A program made the position numbers and the translations under genes. Under the pieces are notes generated by a model that was given only the letters and a program-made list of their open reading frames with translations, did not search any database and was not told where the DNA came from. A stretch of DNA of 64,000 bases, from positions 54,994,001 through 55,058,000 of the forward strand of contig NC_043006.1 of NCBI RefSeq assembly GCF_006345805.1. The letters are read 5' to 3'. Positions 36,290 to 51,200 of the stretch are shown here, piece after piece; within the stretch, counting starts at the first letter, position 1; every line of letters starts with the position of its first letter. This DNA comes from Octopus sinensis. Lineage: Eukaryota.

Positions 36290-39200
36290 CTAAAAATAAA
36301 ATATATAATATACTTATAAACACGTTTACACAATTAGCCAATGTGATGAGAGAAAGAAAAAGAGGAAGCAATAGACTGAAAACATTTAACAAAACCTATG
36401 AAGTAAGATATTTTAAATTCCATTGAAAAAGCAATAGGCCCAGCTTTCAATGGTTTAAACAGGAGGAAGTTTACTCCCAGAACAAAAACCTGGTTCAAAT
36501 GCCTACAATTGGGCTGACCCCACAAAAAGTACCAAAAGGGGCCAATTAAATGATGTTTAATCAGGCAACAAATTGAATCTACAACATATGTAAAGAGAAA
36601 TTTTCTTTGCTCTTTGTCAACTTAAGTCTTGTTAGGTAGTTTTCTAACACTAGATTAGTTCTTCAGTTAAAAACACCACAGCTGTGATCACTACACCTTA
36701 TTTCATCTACAGTTTATCAAGGACTACGTTTTTCTGTCACTTTTAAAGATAGACGAGCAAGATCTGAGAAACCTGCTTTGCTATTTCAAGCAGTTGAAAC
36801 AGTAACTGTGTAGAGGCTTACTTGAATTTCAGTTGGTGGTACACATTGGTTCCTTGTGGATTTGTCCAAGCTGTGTCTTGTAACATCTAGCAGGGTAAAA
36901 CCCAGGAGAGATATCTCTCTAATTTTAAACCATAAGAACCATTATTTCACTGTTAATTGCATATTCAAAGTCAAGTTTAATGAAACACTATAAAAATGAC
37001 ATCCCACCTCTGAAATGCTGGAGCTGAGAAATACCCATCACTGTAGATTATTACATACAGTAAGATGTTAAATTGTAAAGACTCAAAATTCATTTAAATA
37101 AAGACTCAAAATTCATTTACATTTTAAAAAAAAGAGGAAAAAAAAAAAGCTTTCCTCTTTATAAAATATGCATATTTTATTTCGATTAAAGGCTTGGAGA
37201 GAAAAACATACTACTGCCAAGAATATGGCATGAGCAAATTCAAAACTCAACCGTCAACAATTTGTCATGTATACTTTAACCCTTTAGTGTTCAGATTATT
37301 CTATCAAACATAATGCTTATTGATTTACATTGATTTGAATTAATTATGCATTATCTCATATCTTCAAGATCTTGATGGTGTAATTACTTAACGTAGTATA
37401 ACATTGTAGGGTAGGTGTGAGAGCCTGGATTTGGTCAGTTTGAACATAAAACAGATTAAATATTTTGGCCAGTTTAAATACTAAAGGGTTAAAGGAGATG
37501 TAGTAGTATCTTTGGTTGCTTCATTATCTAATGTTCACAGTACTAAATTTTCTTATTCAATATAACACTGAGAAATAAATTATAAAACAAAAATATGAGA
37601 GAGAAAGAGGGAGATAGATAGATACAACACTGTCAAATACATGTACATATAATGCAATCCAAGGAATTGAAATACTGTATGTAATCCATAATCCATGCAT
37701 GGGATAAAACAAACATGCTCCCTGAAACATTAGGATATTAGGACAATATTAGACATTGCCAACCTCTAGTGGCTCCATACATGCAGCATTGACAATACAA
37801 TTTCTCAGAACAAAAGCAATCATATGAGTAACATGGAGATATGACAACATTAAAAGCATACATTATATTGTAAAGAGAGAAAAGCATGTTATCAAGTTTC
37901 TGATGAAAACAGCTATCCCTTGCTTTAAAGTGACAAATTCATTTCCTGATGTTCCTGCATATATCAAAACCATGTTAATCAAATTTAATAGCCAATGAGA
38001 ATAATTATAATTAAAAATTGGAAGCTAAAAACTAATTACTAGAAATAATTTTTTTTACAAAAGAAGATAAAAAAAAAAAAAAAATCAAGAGCTAGTTGAA
38101 CAAATTTAGCCTTCTTCCTTCCATGAACACAATTGTCCCTCTTCTTCTTCAACCTCTTATTAACATTTTCAACAGTGGTATGATTTATTTTCTTGTAGGC
38201 ATCAGGCTATTTCAAAAGCACTTAGCAGTTTGCATGTAATTTTCAAAGTGTGGCAAGGAAATTTTATTACGGCATAAAAACAAAAGAAGGTTACAATAAA
38301 TTTAATTGCAATAATATAGTGTTTATCAAAACCATGGCTAAGTAAGGGATAGCTGTAAATAATAGCATGGATTTACCATGTTTCATCAAATTGTAGTTAC
38401 AAAACAACAATCTGAATTGAGATCTTCTATAATTGGCTACAAGAGGAGCTGAAAACAAAAACACTAATTTTTGAGAAAAAATAGTTATTGTAAATTTAGA
38501 GAGAAAGAAAGAAAAAAAAAAATCACTGAAAAAAAAACGTATTCCCAAAAACTAGTTACAGCAATAATGTATCAATTTAAACAAATAAAAATAATTTTGC
38601 TACTAGAGTTGCATTTGAATAAAATGCAGGTGTAATATAGAAAATTTACAATTACAACCTGAATAGTTTCTCTTATTTCTTTTTACTATGTTATACTACC
38701 TATCTTCATGTAATCTATGGATTTGTAAAACTATAAATGGTTAAGACTAATTCTCTACATGCATAAGATTTATCCATGTAGTGTCCACTGAGTGAACTGT
38801 TTTCCTCAGTTTGACACTCTCCTTGAATTCTTGCAGGTATCAACAGACAGCTGTCGAAAATGTCAACTGCTCTGATTGCACACTAAGCCCATGAAAGTCA
38901 TGAATATTTTCCTCTAGGCAAGGCGGTGGAGGAGAGGAAGGAGGAAAGAAGGAATTCAGATTTACTCATTTAATAATCAGTTGCATTTACTTTGAGGGTC
39001 AACCTTAGTGACTTGGTCTATGTTATAGTTAAACCATGCTAGAATGCCACAGGAAGTGAAAGCAGAAACACAAATAATAATTAAGAAAGGAAGTGCAAAA
39101 TGAAAAAAAAAAAATTAATATTCACCTACCCCCATGGTTTCACTAAAATAACATTCTGAAATATTATTGTTTAAAAGATCCTGGCAATGGATTGGAAATA

Positions 39201-42200
39201 AATACCGCACTCATGATTGTGAGATTGTAGTTTCAATACTTGGATCAGGTGCTATGTTGTGTTCTTGAGCAAAACACTCCATTTCATAGTTGTAGGCAAA
39301 TTAGCTGTAAATGCATAACTCAGCAATGGGCTGGTGTCTGGTCCAGCAGGGATATTCTGATCTTGGTCACTTATAAACTTGGTAACCAGCCCCATGACTC
39401 AATACAGTACTCACTTATTGTTAAAATGTGTTAAAACGGAACGTAATCATTAAAATTTTAGTAATTAATTAGTATTTAATTTAGAAACCTGAAATTTAAA
39501 AGACTTTTAATATCTGAAAGACAAATAAGTGTATAAACTAAAAATACATGGAAGGGAAAATGAGTCCAGTTTTGAAACGGTTGAGAAGGGTTCCTTGTTA
39601 AAATTAACATAGTAGAATATGATGTAATGGACAGAATTGAAAGCTAACACTGTAACAGGTTAAAAAAAAGAGTAATATGAAAAGGTGAAATGATAAAAAA
39701 GAATGGAGAGGCCTCAAACATGCATGTGTAAACTTAATATACACATGAATATAAGAAGGTATAATGTAGTTGATCTCTAGCATAAGAAAGAAAGAAACAA
39801 AATCACACAGCAAGTGAAAAGCAAACAAGCAACAATTTTTTTTATTAATATATTTAGTTGAATTATTAGACCGTTAGTCTGCAGAAGTAAAAGAGAGAAA
39901 AAAAAATTCCTTGACAATAAAACACTTATTTAAGAACACTGATAAATTTAATCATCCTATAAAAGAACGGGAGATAACACTAGCAGTGTTATGTCTAAGA
40001 ACTGTAGCCATAATTGTAAACAGATGACCCCCTCCCCCCTATATGTCATGACTTACTTTCTAAAAACAGCTGTATTGAAACACAACAATCAGTAAAGATT
40101 GAAACTGAAGCTGATTGGCGACAACACTTAATACAGAATTGGAACTGGGGAGGGATTTAAACAGACAGACAGGCAAACAAGTTAAACAAAAACATTCTCA
40201 TGGACTGATAAGTAAAAAACAAAAACAAACAAAACAAAACAAAGCACACAACAAGGAAAGGGAAGCAATAACAACAAATGGCAAAGTTGAGGAAGAATGA
40301 GCCAAAATGTAATTAATACCAAATATTTCAATTAAAATAGTTCTTTTACTAGTTTCCTAGACTATATTATAGATCAGTGTGCACACACACACACAATAAG
40401 ATCCTAGTATTCAAATCTAGAAATACGAAGTATATACATCATGAAAAACACAATCATATTTGTGTTTCAAGGACTACTTTTTATCATGTGATTTTAAGAA
40501 CTGAATGGAATTATGGGGGTGTAGTAAGGTATTTTGGAACAGGGTAGAGTTACTACTTATTGGCTGAAACCTATCCAACAAACATGTGGATTAGAGACAG
40601 CAATATTTGAGTACAAATAATTTAATAGTAATCTTCACTACCTCAAAATTTCAGGCTTTGAGCCTACAGTAGAGAGTTGATTAGATCAACTCTAGTGCTA
40701 AACTGATACTTATTCGACCCTGAAAGGATGAAAGGGAAAGTCGACCTTGATGGAATTTAAAATTAGAATGAAAAGATGGACAACATGAGCTGAGATAACA
40801 CAAACAATTAGGAAAGATGATTGAAAACATTCCCATCCCTAACTTCACAGCTGTTAAACAGCTCTTTCTACTGGCAATGAGTTGGGTCAGAAAATCTAGA
40901 ACTTTAATGTTTTAAATGAAACTAAGAAAAGATAGAGGGGTCAAATGAAGTTAGCCACAATGTTTTATAAACAGGAAAGCTTTTTTTTTCCCTCTTTTTT
41001 TAAAATATAAATGAATTTTGAGTCTTTTCAATTTAACATCTTACTGTATGTAATAATCTACAGTGATGGGTATTTCTCAGCTCCAGCATTTCAGAGGTGG
41101 GATATCATTTTTATAGTGTTTCATTAAACTTGACTTTGAATATGCAGTTAACAGTGAAATAATGGTTCTTATGGTTTAAAATTAGAGATATCTCTCCTGG
41201 GTTTTACCCTGCTAGATGTTACACGACACAGCTTGGACAAATCCACAAGGAACCAATGTGTACCACATAAACTCTTTCTTTTCATGTGGCATGCCTACAG
41301 GTAGAAGTGAATGTAGACCTTTATAAAGTTGAAGATAAATGATTTCTTTATAAGGGGGAGGGAAAAAATGGAGTAGCCGTTTTCTGCTGGTTTATTAGTC
41401 TTTCACTTCCCAAAGCTTACATTGAAATACAGAGTGTATTTAACCCTTAAATAGGGAGGACTAGTTCACTTACATCAGGACATGTCCACACACCCATAGG
41501 CCTGTGTGAAGTGGGCAGGAGCAAGTCCTCTTTCATGTCCTGCATGATCTGGCTATGAGATTATCTTCTGCTATTTAAAATACATTAGGGAAACATGACA
41601 GATTCTACTACTCTAGGTTAGCGCAGGCCTGGGACTGGTGCTGACTAAAGGGTGAACTCCATATTCCCCAAAACTCTGGAATTCCTGAGCAAGAGCCTTG
41701 CCACTGGTTGCAGTTTAATGCCTTGGCCAGGACAAAAATAAGCATATATAATTTGAAAAGCTACCTAACAAAACCAAGAAGTTGACTTAGGGAGATTGGT
41801 TGAAATACAAAATATTATGAAGACTAAAGCAGATTTTAACTTCTTTGTCACTTTAGAATGAGTAGCTAAAATAAATAACTGGTTTTTATATAAAAGATAA
41901 ATAGATTTTTATCAACACAGCAATGATTTATCAAAATTCTTCTAAAAGACTAATACTAGTAAAAAATCATCAGTCGATCAGCATGACAGAAACTAACTCG
42001 AATGCATACAAAAGATGTTCTAAAGCATTAAGGCTATGTTTTCAAATGAGAATTACAGATATTTCCCAATAAGTACATCTCTATTGACTATGTTAGAGCA
42101 TTGTTGGCAAACACCCAAGACCACAAATGCAAGGGATCTATACTTGATCCGTCATAACTATTTGTATTAAATGTAGAGAAAAATTAATCTAATACCATCT

Positions 42201-45200
42201 TTATAAAACGAACACTGCTAGTTTTAGAAACACCTAAATGTAAAATAATTTCATACTTAAAAGCTCATTTGGAACTTGTCAAAGGAAACTTTAATGAATT
42301 TATTTCTTGAATGTTGTACCTTACTTTGTGTTATGCTATTTAGATTTATTTCTGTTGACTAGTCAAGACTTGCTGAAAAGAATTTTATTTTCCCATCATC
42401 AATTGCAAGCTTGTACCAACCTACCTTTGAATACTGATAATGGTTATTCCTCATGTTTGTTTCTCTTTCTTTTAATGTTTTTCAATTTAAAACACCGAAT
42501 AAAGCACTAAATGTGTTATGGCACACCATCAGCATTTTAAAAGCTTTATTTGAAAAAGAAACAAACTTATTTTTAGAGATAGGCAAATGCATGCATTGTT
42601 CCTTGCCACAAAAGAATACATATGCAGATTAATCAAAAAGAAAAAAAATTTCATATATATAATCTGGCATTTTCGAACTGACCTCAAAAGCTAGTCGTAA
42701 AGTTGTTGAAAATGTGTTTTAAATAGAAATGGAAAGCCTTAGTTTCACAATCCTGCCATTTAGATTTCTTTTATTATGGTCACACTAAGCAGATGGAAAT
42801 AGAAACCAGTGGGAATGATGTGGTTGTGCAATAAAATTTCCACCACCAAAAATGATCAAATCACCAACTAAAGCCTAGTCAAGATGATTGTCTCCCACTT
42901 AGTATTTTAGAACAGAAATAATCTGTGAGAAATGTGAAAACCAAATTTTAGATTATCTTTAGATTATCTTAACAAGCTATTACTTTGTTGAATTATAGGG
43001 ACAACTAAAAAGATTTTTTTCTTCTTCTGATGTGCTACTGAGACAATACTTTGGCATTATTTAATTCCTGATAATATAAACTGCAGTAATCCCATTTTCA
43101 TTACTGTAGCCTAGAAATCACACCGAGAATGCACTCTTGAGAAAATAGAACATACTTATCAATTTCATTTTTGTCCTCATAACATCGGGCACCATCTACT
43201 CTGACATCTGCCAGGGATAAAAACGAAGAAAAGAAAAGAAAAAAGAAAAACAAAAAAAGTAAGAACAAGTAATGGAAAAAATAAAAAAAAAACACAAACA
43301 AATCTTGATATATCAGATGCTTCAGCCATTGTTAGAGAACTTGGTTGACAGGTAACTCAATGAAACAGCGTTAGAAGTAGGGGGAAAAAAATTAATTCAA
43401 CGTCTCTGAAGACAAAATAAAGAAAATAAAAAATATAAACTAAAGTTAAGAGAGAAGCTTTTAGTCCATGCAAACATAAAATTAAATAATATATACATCA
43501 CTGGAAAAGAATATTGGATATAGAAGTTCACAAATACAAATGCTCAGGATTTAGAAAATAAATCTAATGATATATTCCAAACCTATCTCATCATGTTTTC
43601 CATGTGGACATGAGTTGCATGGTTTTACAGTAGCTGACCAGCTGAAGAGCTGCCTGGGGATCCATGTCTTTTTTGACAGGGTTTCTATGGCTGGATGCCC
43701 TTCCTAACACCGATGCCTAATTGCATATAAGAATATGCAGAATGTGCCATCATCAGTAGTAACAGACTTGTCAAGTGGGGATTTCTATTGGTAGCAGATA
43801 CAGTAAAATGTATTGAATTCCACAAAGAAATTATTTTTATAGTGGAGTCTGGCTTGTTTGGGTCTGTTATTCTTTGATTACACAGATCAGAAGTTTTTAA
43901 AATTTGTGAAAGCCCTCAAGCTACACACTAAATGACAATCTTAGAACTTTAACTGGTCCAGTCCCATAAATAGCAATAATTACTTCCTTTTTTGGTGCTA
44001 TTATAATATAAGCTTAATTAGCAATGAAGTAAAAAAACAAAACGAATGCAATAATAAAACTATGCAGAGATATAGCTGGTATGCAAGAGTATGGAGAATA
44101 CTAAAAGTTAAGCCTTAAGTGCAAGTTAAAGCATTTATTGTAAGGCAAAATAAATAAAATATAAAAGCGAAACTAAATTTGAGTTGAACTGTGTATGAAA
44201 CTTTGTTCCAAACAATAAAACTAACAACAGTAAATAATAAGAAGCAGGGATTGAAAGGCCCGAGATATAACAAGGCTATTGTTAGTGTGATGATGATAGT
44301 GATGACAGAAATGAGAAACAGGAAGTGTGATACTGATGAATAACCAATGTCCATGTGATAGTGATGAATAACCAACGTCCATGTGATAGTGATGAAACAG
44401 AAAAAAATCAGTAGTAAACTTCCAAGACATTTAATATCAAAGAGGCATACACCGAAGAACTTATAATCTTCTTCGATAAGGAAGGGGGGTGGTGCGTGTG
44501 AAAAAAGTCAACAGTGACAAAGCTGGACAAAAAGTTTTAATAGGGGGTGAAAAGAAAAAAAAGTTTTGCAACTGATATACATTGAGCCTAAAACCATTAA
44601 GACCAAAAAAGAATATCAACTGAGACAGCAACACTGATTAATGCATTTTATCAAATTGGCATGTTGAGGCTTTTTCTTTTTTATAGTTTTGGTTTAAAAA
44701 AAAAATTGAAGTTGTTTGCTGTTTAAAGATCCTGAAACAGAAATTTTTATAAAATCATAATTGAGCAAAAAAAAAAGAAAGAAAAAAAAGTGTAAAAGAA
44801 AAAACAAAAGAACCAAAATGATTAGGAAAAATGGGAATAGATTGTCTATTTGCTTACAATACTGAAAAAAATATCCTTAGAAAAAAAAAATGCTGAAAGT
44901 GAAACTGTGAAATTAAAACCTTAATAATGGAAATACCAAAAAAAAAAAAAAAAAAAAAAAAATTGTTTTAATTAAAAACTGTACCAAGATTTATCTGTAA
45001 CATTTCAAATTTCAAACTATTAGAAATTAAGATTTACATCAAACTATAAAACTTGAACAAATCATTATTTCAACAGTTCAGGACTAGATCAACTACATGC
45101 ATTGACATATAACTTTATTTCTTTTTAAAACGATGGTAATCAATCCATGGCTTGGAAATGTTATATTAAAACTGAAAATTGTGAAAACATGAGTTTGCTT

Positions 45201-48200
45201 TTGTTGCAAAAGGAACATGAAGTTTACCTCTGTGGCATACAATATTTCCATGATTTCCTTGACAACAGTATCGTCTTCATGATCTTGACAAAGAATTTCA
45301 ATAGCTCTTAATTTTCCAAAGTAAAAGTCCCTCTCTTTTTCTAAACCATCAGCAGCAATTTTCATATCTGCAATCTATTAAAAAAAAGATTCAGAATATA
45401 TTATCATCAGTATATGCAACAACAACATATGTAAACAAACTTTTATTTTGATTTTAGAAGCATCAGATGCGTATCGTATCAGCAGCAACAGTCATTGCCA
45501 AGTAGGGATTCCTGTTGATAGCAAATACAGTAAAATGCATTGAATTCCATCGAGAAATTATTTTATAGTGGAGTATTGTATGTACAATATGCTACACATT
45601 CAATGCTTCTAGAAACAATATATATATAAACACACACACACACACACACATATATAAAGCAAATACGAAAGTGGAAGTTACAAACTATCAGGTCATCCCA
45701 TAAGTTCTGTCCAATTTTACCTTTTTAAAAATTGAATGAAATTTAATAGTATCTTAGAAAGTCTAATGGAATTAAAAATTATTTTTACGCATTTGTGTAC
45801 ATTTAAACTAATTAAATATTATTTTACAGAATAATAGAATTAAAATTTCTTTGGATACTTCCATGTTAGAAAGGGTTTTAATCGAAGAGCATTTAAGGCA
45901 CATAATGCTTTATGAGTATATCTGAAGAACTCTGAAATGTCAGTTTCATTTTGAAACCAAAATAGTTTTACATTGATGGGATTAAAAATCTTGTAAATAC
46001 ATGGAAGGAAGTCATAGATAATCAGGGAAAGTACATTGATGATTACATTTCAATTAAATATAACATTTGATCACTTGTTTTCTTTATTCAAAATTCGGAC
46101 AGAACTTATGGGATGACCTGATACCTTTAGCATTCAGTTAACTGAAGTAAGCCTAGTTACGGTCTTAACTCAGAAGAAATGCAATCATAAAGAAGCATAC
46201 TCAATGACAAAAGAATCTTAAAATTCACCTGTCAGCATTTTTAGTCACTTGTTTTTGGAATGAGATTTGTTAAGGTAGAATAACTTTCTTACTGCAAACC
46301 TTTGTCTCCAAGGAAGTAGTTATTGCACTAGTCTTTTGAAACAATGAACTGCTCAACGGCTAGAAGTGTTCTTATGGCAGACATAAACAATGACACCCTC
46401 AATAAGGTGACCTTGTGTTACAAGGAACATAACCAAAAGTTTCTGCTTATCAACTTGAATTGCAAGGAATTGATTAGCTTGAGACTATAGAAGGAGACTG
46501 TAGTGCCATACAATGAGAATGAACCCTAAACTATATGTTTGTGAAGCAACCGGACAGCCATGTTTATATGTTATCAATAAACAGAGAAAAATCTCTCCAT
46601 ACTTCTGCAAGCATGGTCCTTATATTATTATTGAGTTCAGTCATTAGGCTGCAACCATAATGAGATTTCATGTTCAAAGGTTTTAGTTGATTTGCCTAGC
46701 TCAATTTATTAGCCTAATAAAGAGAGAACGGCAAGGTTAACTTGGGTATAAAGAAACATAACTGAGAGGAAACAATGCAAGACGTTTTTGTTGGAAAATA
46801 TTTTACAATTTGCAGTAATTCCAAATAAAAACTGATCCAGACTGTGACAAACTGGTAGAACTGTTAGAGTATCATAAAGACTGCCTTGTGGTATTGATTT
46901 TGGTTTGTTACACTCTGCAGCACTGGAGTGATCCTACCAGTAATTTAAAAGACCTAGTCTGGTTATATAGGGTCGAGCGGGTTGAACCTACGGATTATGT
47001 TAAGAGTACAAGTGTAGAGAATAATACTGTCACATTTTAATTTTACATAGAGGAATTCAGTTGACTGAACAAAAGAATCCACCACACACATTATAGGCTT
47101 TCAAATAATTACATTTGTCAAAATTCGATTCACAAGCTATGGTATAACTGTAACCCTTTAGTATTCAGATTACTGTTCCAAATATAATGCTTATTTTAAA
47201 TTAATCATGTATTATTTCATGGCTTTGAGATTTTGATAATGAGATTATTTTTGGAATGACATTGTAGGGTAGATGTGAAAGGCCAGATATGACCAGTTTG
47301 AAGATAAAACAAGTAGGATATTTTGGCTGGATATGGTTGGTTTAAATGCAAAGGGGTTAAACAAACCTGCTTCCTTAGATCTTCGCTTTTGTTGTCTAAT
47401 TGATTAGCACCTGCAGGACGAGCTGTTTGACGAGTAGGAGCTTTGGCTGAAACAGGAGCAGCTGGAAGAAAAAAAGGGGGGGAAAAAGTAGTAGCAGTAG
47501 CCTAGTTTGGCCACGAAGTACCTTAATTTAAATTATTTAACCACTTCACTACTAGTCAATCTCAATAAATATTCCTGAAGTTAACATCACATTGTGCATG
47601 CAATGCAAAATGGATTCAGTTCTACACACATGTTCTACTACCTACCCAAAGCCCATTTCTTACATCAAATTTTACACCAGACAACACAGCAGCCTGTGCT
47701 GATGGGGTTCTCTGTCCATCTCTTACTTTTTTAAACTAGTATACTCATATTTCCCAGTTTTCAATTTGTACTTGCTGGTACTTTTAATAATTTACCAAAC
47801 ATTCCATCACTTCCATAAACCGCAACTTTGAAAACAACCCTTCAATGACAATCCGGTCTTTCTTACAACACCAAGTCACTATCATTAATTTAGGCATACA
47901 GACAAGACTGTATCTTCATTACCTATGAACAACACAACTGAAGCCATTAACAAACTTCACACTTCTGTTATGGTTATTGCACATAAAAAATAAGTCAAAA
48001 CTGCATCTAAGATTCCTCTTTGAGCTTCAAAAATACTTCAGTTCAAATCCAATACAAAGAAGAAGTGTAGAGATCAATCAACTTTGACACGTACACAAAT
48101 TCTAGATAATTGAAATAATGCTTGCAAAGGCTATTGACACTGACTTTCCCTAAACTAAGCAATTATAAAACATGAAAAAGATTCTTTTATGCATTACAAC

Positions 48201-51200
48201 CACAATATATTTTCCAAGAACCTTTATAAGAGAGGGAAACAGCAGTCAAATGGAGACTTAGGGTGAACAGACACCATTTAGATATGTGCTTTAAGGCTCA
48301 TTTTTCCATACTGTCATGGTTATAAAGAATATTCCATCTAATTTTCTCAAAGTCCTCTAACCTAGAAATCTTACTAAGTTGTCTACTACAGTCACTTTCT
48401 ATTGCCATTCCATGGCATCTTTCCACTCATTTCTCATGTAAGTGCAGCTACATACATTAGATAGTGTCTTTAACTCTTTAGCATTCAGATTAATATTTAT
48501 TCACTTTGTTTTGAATTAATCATGCATTATCTTGTAGCTTCAAGACTGATATGATATGATGGTTAGTGACATTATAAGGCAGGAGTGTGAGTCCAGATTT
48601 GGCTGGTTTGAACATAAAACAAAATACTTGGGCTAGATATGGCCGGTTAAGGTGCTAATGCATTAACACTCAGCTTCCCATAGATCGTAGTTAACGTATT
48701 TCAGTTCTGTTCTGCATTCAATGCTCCTGCCTTACAACTATGTAACAATACATTTGGTTCACAGAGGCTGCATTTTGTATGGGAAGAGAAGCTGCTTGTT
48801 GCCAACAGATTTAACAACTCCTTGAATGTCAGATTTTTCTGATTTCAGCTATTAAGCAATAAACTTGTCCATTAAATTTACAACATATATTTCATTTCTC
48901 TACTACTAAATATAACTTTTCATCCTGCTGAGGTGAATGTAGTTGATTATATTGTAGAATAGTTTATTGACTGAAATCAGGAAAAGGAAATTTATCCACT
49001 TGAAGTAGTTCTTGAGCCTGCCAGAGATGTATGCATTGTGTACAAAGCACCTCCTACCCAGTTTTTATTGTCTTTTCCTAATATACTGAGTGAAGTAACT
49101 CCTCAGGGTACAAGATCTTTTGTGTTTTGTACCAAATACATAAATTAAGGCTTTTCCCCAAACCAATGAAGAATAACCAAAATGATGTTATGATGAAAGT
49201 AAATAAAACAAAGAAACAGATCCTCTATAAAAGTGGTTTAGAAGTGAACCAAATTAAATCAATGACATTTATTATTAAGACAGGATGACAATTTTTGCAG
49301 CTAATGTGGGAAATAGTTCACATCTTTAGTACTGGTGTTAGGAAGGGCATCGATCCATAAAAACCATGCCAAAACAGACACAAAAGTCTGATGCAGGGTC
49401 CTGCCTGTCCAGCTCCTGTCAAACCCATGCCAGCATGAAAGGAGGACATTAAACAATGATAATGAATCATTTGCTAGAGATCTTGTGAAAATCCTTGTTT
49501 TAGTTGATCCATCAAATCTAATTTCATATCTTTATAGCATTGACAACCAGATACGTTAAATGATCATTATAATCATCAACTTGATGGACCAATTCCCATC
49601 GTTAAGATTCAGAATAAACTTTGACAAAGTCAGCCTGAATAGGTTGATATTTCACCATATATCAAAACAATGAATCACAAGAGCTATGTCTACTTAAACA
49701 ATTAATTCAAAAACTTTTCTAAGAGAAGTCCTTAAATATTTCCCAAACAGGAGAAAACCTTAACCCTTTAGTGTTCAGATTACTCTGTTAAATGCAATAC
49801 TTTTTCACTCAAATTGTTTTGAATGAATCATGCATAATGTTATATTTTTCAGGTTTCAATGATGTGATTGTCTATTTTTAGAATGTCAATGTAGGTTAGG
49901 TGTAAGAGGCTGGATATGGCCAGTTTGAATATAAAACATGTAGAATATCTGGGCCAGATATGGCCGGTTTAAACACTAAAGGGTTAAAGATCTAATCTGT
50001 AGAGAACTGGGCAAGCAGCATGTATAGTTCAAGGGAGCAAGAAAATGGCTTCCAAAACTTTTACAAAATTCTTTGTCCACCTCACCATTATATTCATTTA
50101 TTTTAGCTTCAGATTACAAAATTGTAATCAATGTTTGACTATACTAGGGAAGGCATTCAATGTTTATGCTTTTCCCATGCTTGCATGAATCAGACAGACT
50201 TCACTAAGACATTTTATCTAGCCAGATACTCTTCCTGTTGCCAAATATCACTTGTTTCCAAGCAAAGAGATATTACCTCATGGCCAGTGATGCTTCTTTA
50301 CAACATTCACATGATGTCAAGACAAGTATATGCACAAACAAACTACAGGCTTCTTTTCAGTTCCCACTTACCAAATCCACTTACAAACTTTGGTTGGCCC
50401 AGGGTTAAAGTTTAAGACCTCTGTCCAAGGTGTTGTGCAGTGGGACTGAACCTGCAACCATATGGTTGAGAAGTAAGCTTCTCAACAGTGTCTGCATCTA
50501 TTTCCTCATTTGATACTGATAAAACGATGTTTTTTTACATATCACAACAAAATGATATGAAAATTTAAACACTTTAAGTAATCTCTATATATATAAACGG
50601 CAAAATGTCTGTGTGTGTGTGTCCTTTATACAAATCCACAATTTTTCAGTTAGAGGGCACGCATTTTCTATGGTCATTCAAAACCGTCCAAGGGTGGTTG
50701 TGCACATCTTTACATTTCCCCAGTCACCCCGCAAAGCCATTAAAAAATCAATAGAAGTGACATTTTTGTGAATTTTCTTTCCAAAACCCAATCAAAATGC
50801 CCGAAACTTGATATGCCAATTGAATGCCAGCTAGCTGCATGTGATTGGTCGGAGATTTGGACAGTACTCATGTGTATACGCGCACGCACGCAGCTGTATA
50901 TGCATGCACTAGCACTAAGACCTGGCAACGACGGGTCATAGTGCTAGATAAGATAAAATAAAACAGGCATAAACTTTATAAGATCTAATAATAGATGGAA
51001 TTGCAGATGGTCTGTGGAATTCACCTGGCAAGTGATATGTGGTTTGGGATCTGTTAGTGGGTCAGTGATCTTTTCGGTTTTAAACTAGTCTTTAAAGGAG
51101 TTTACAAGAGAAAAGAACCCCCCCCCCAAAAAAAAACCCAATTTTAACACTTACCTTGCCTTGTAGTTGTTTTTGTCATAACGCCAGCAGTTTTTGGAGG

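Noticed and set aside
38040-38206. Lys-rich minus-strand frame [11 protein letters not shown]...RLKKKRDN, in phase with EB1
   Set aside because: Weak acceptor with no pyrimidine tract, no donor, and the frame runs into poly-T. Best explained as compositional.
41473-41580. Minus-strand exon-like segment with a good gtaagt donor and a NAGNAG acceptor
   Set aside because: Stops in all three frames and no independent support.
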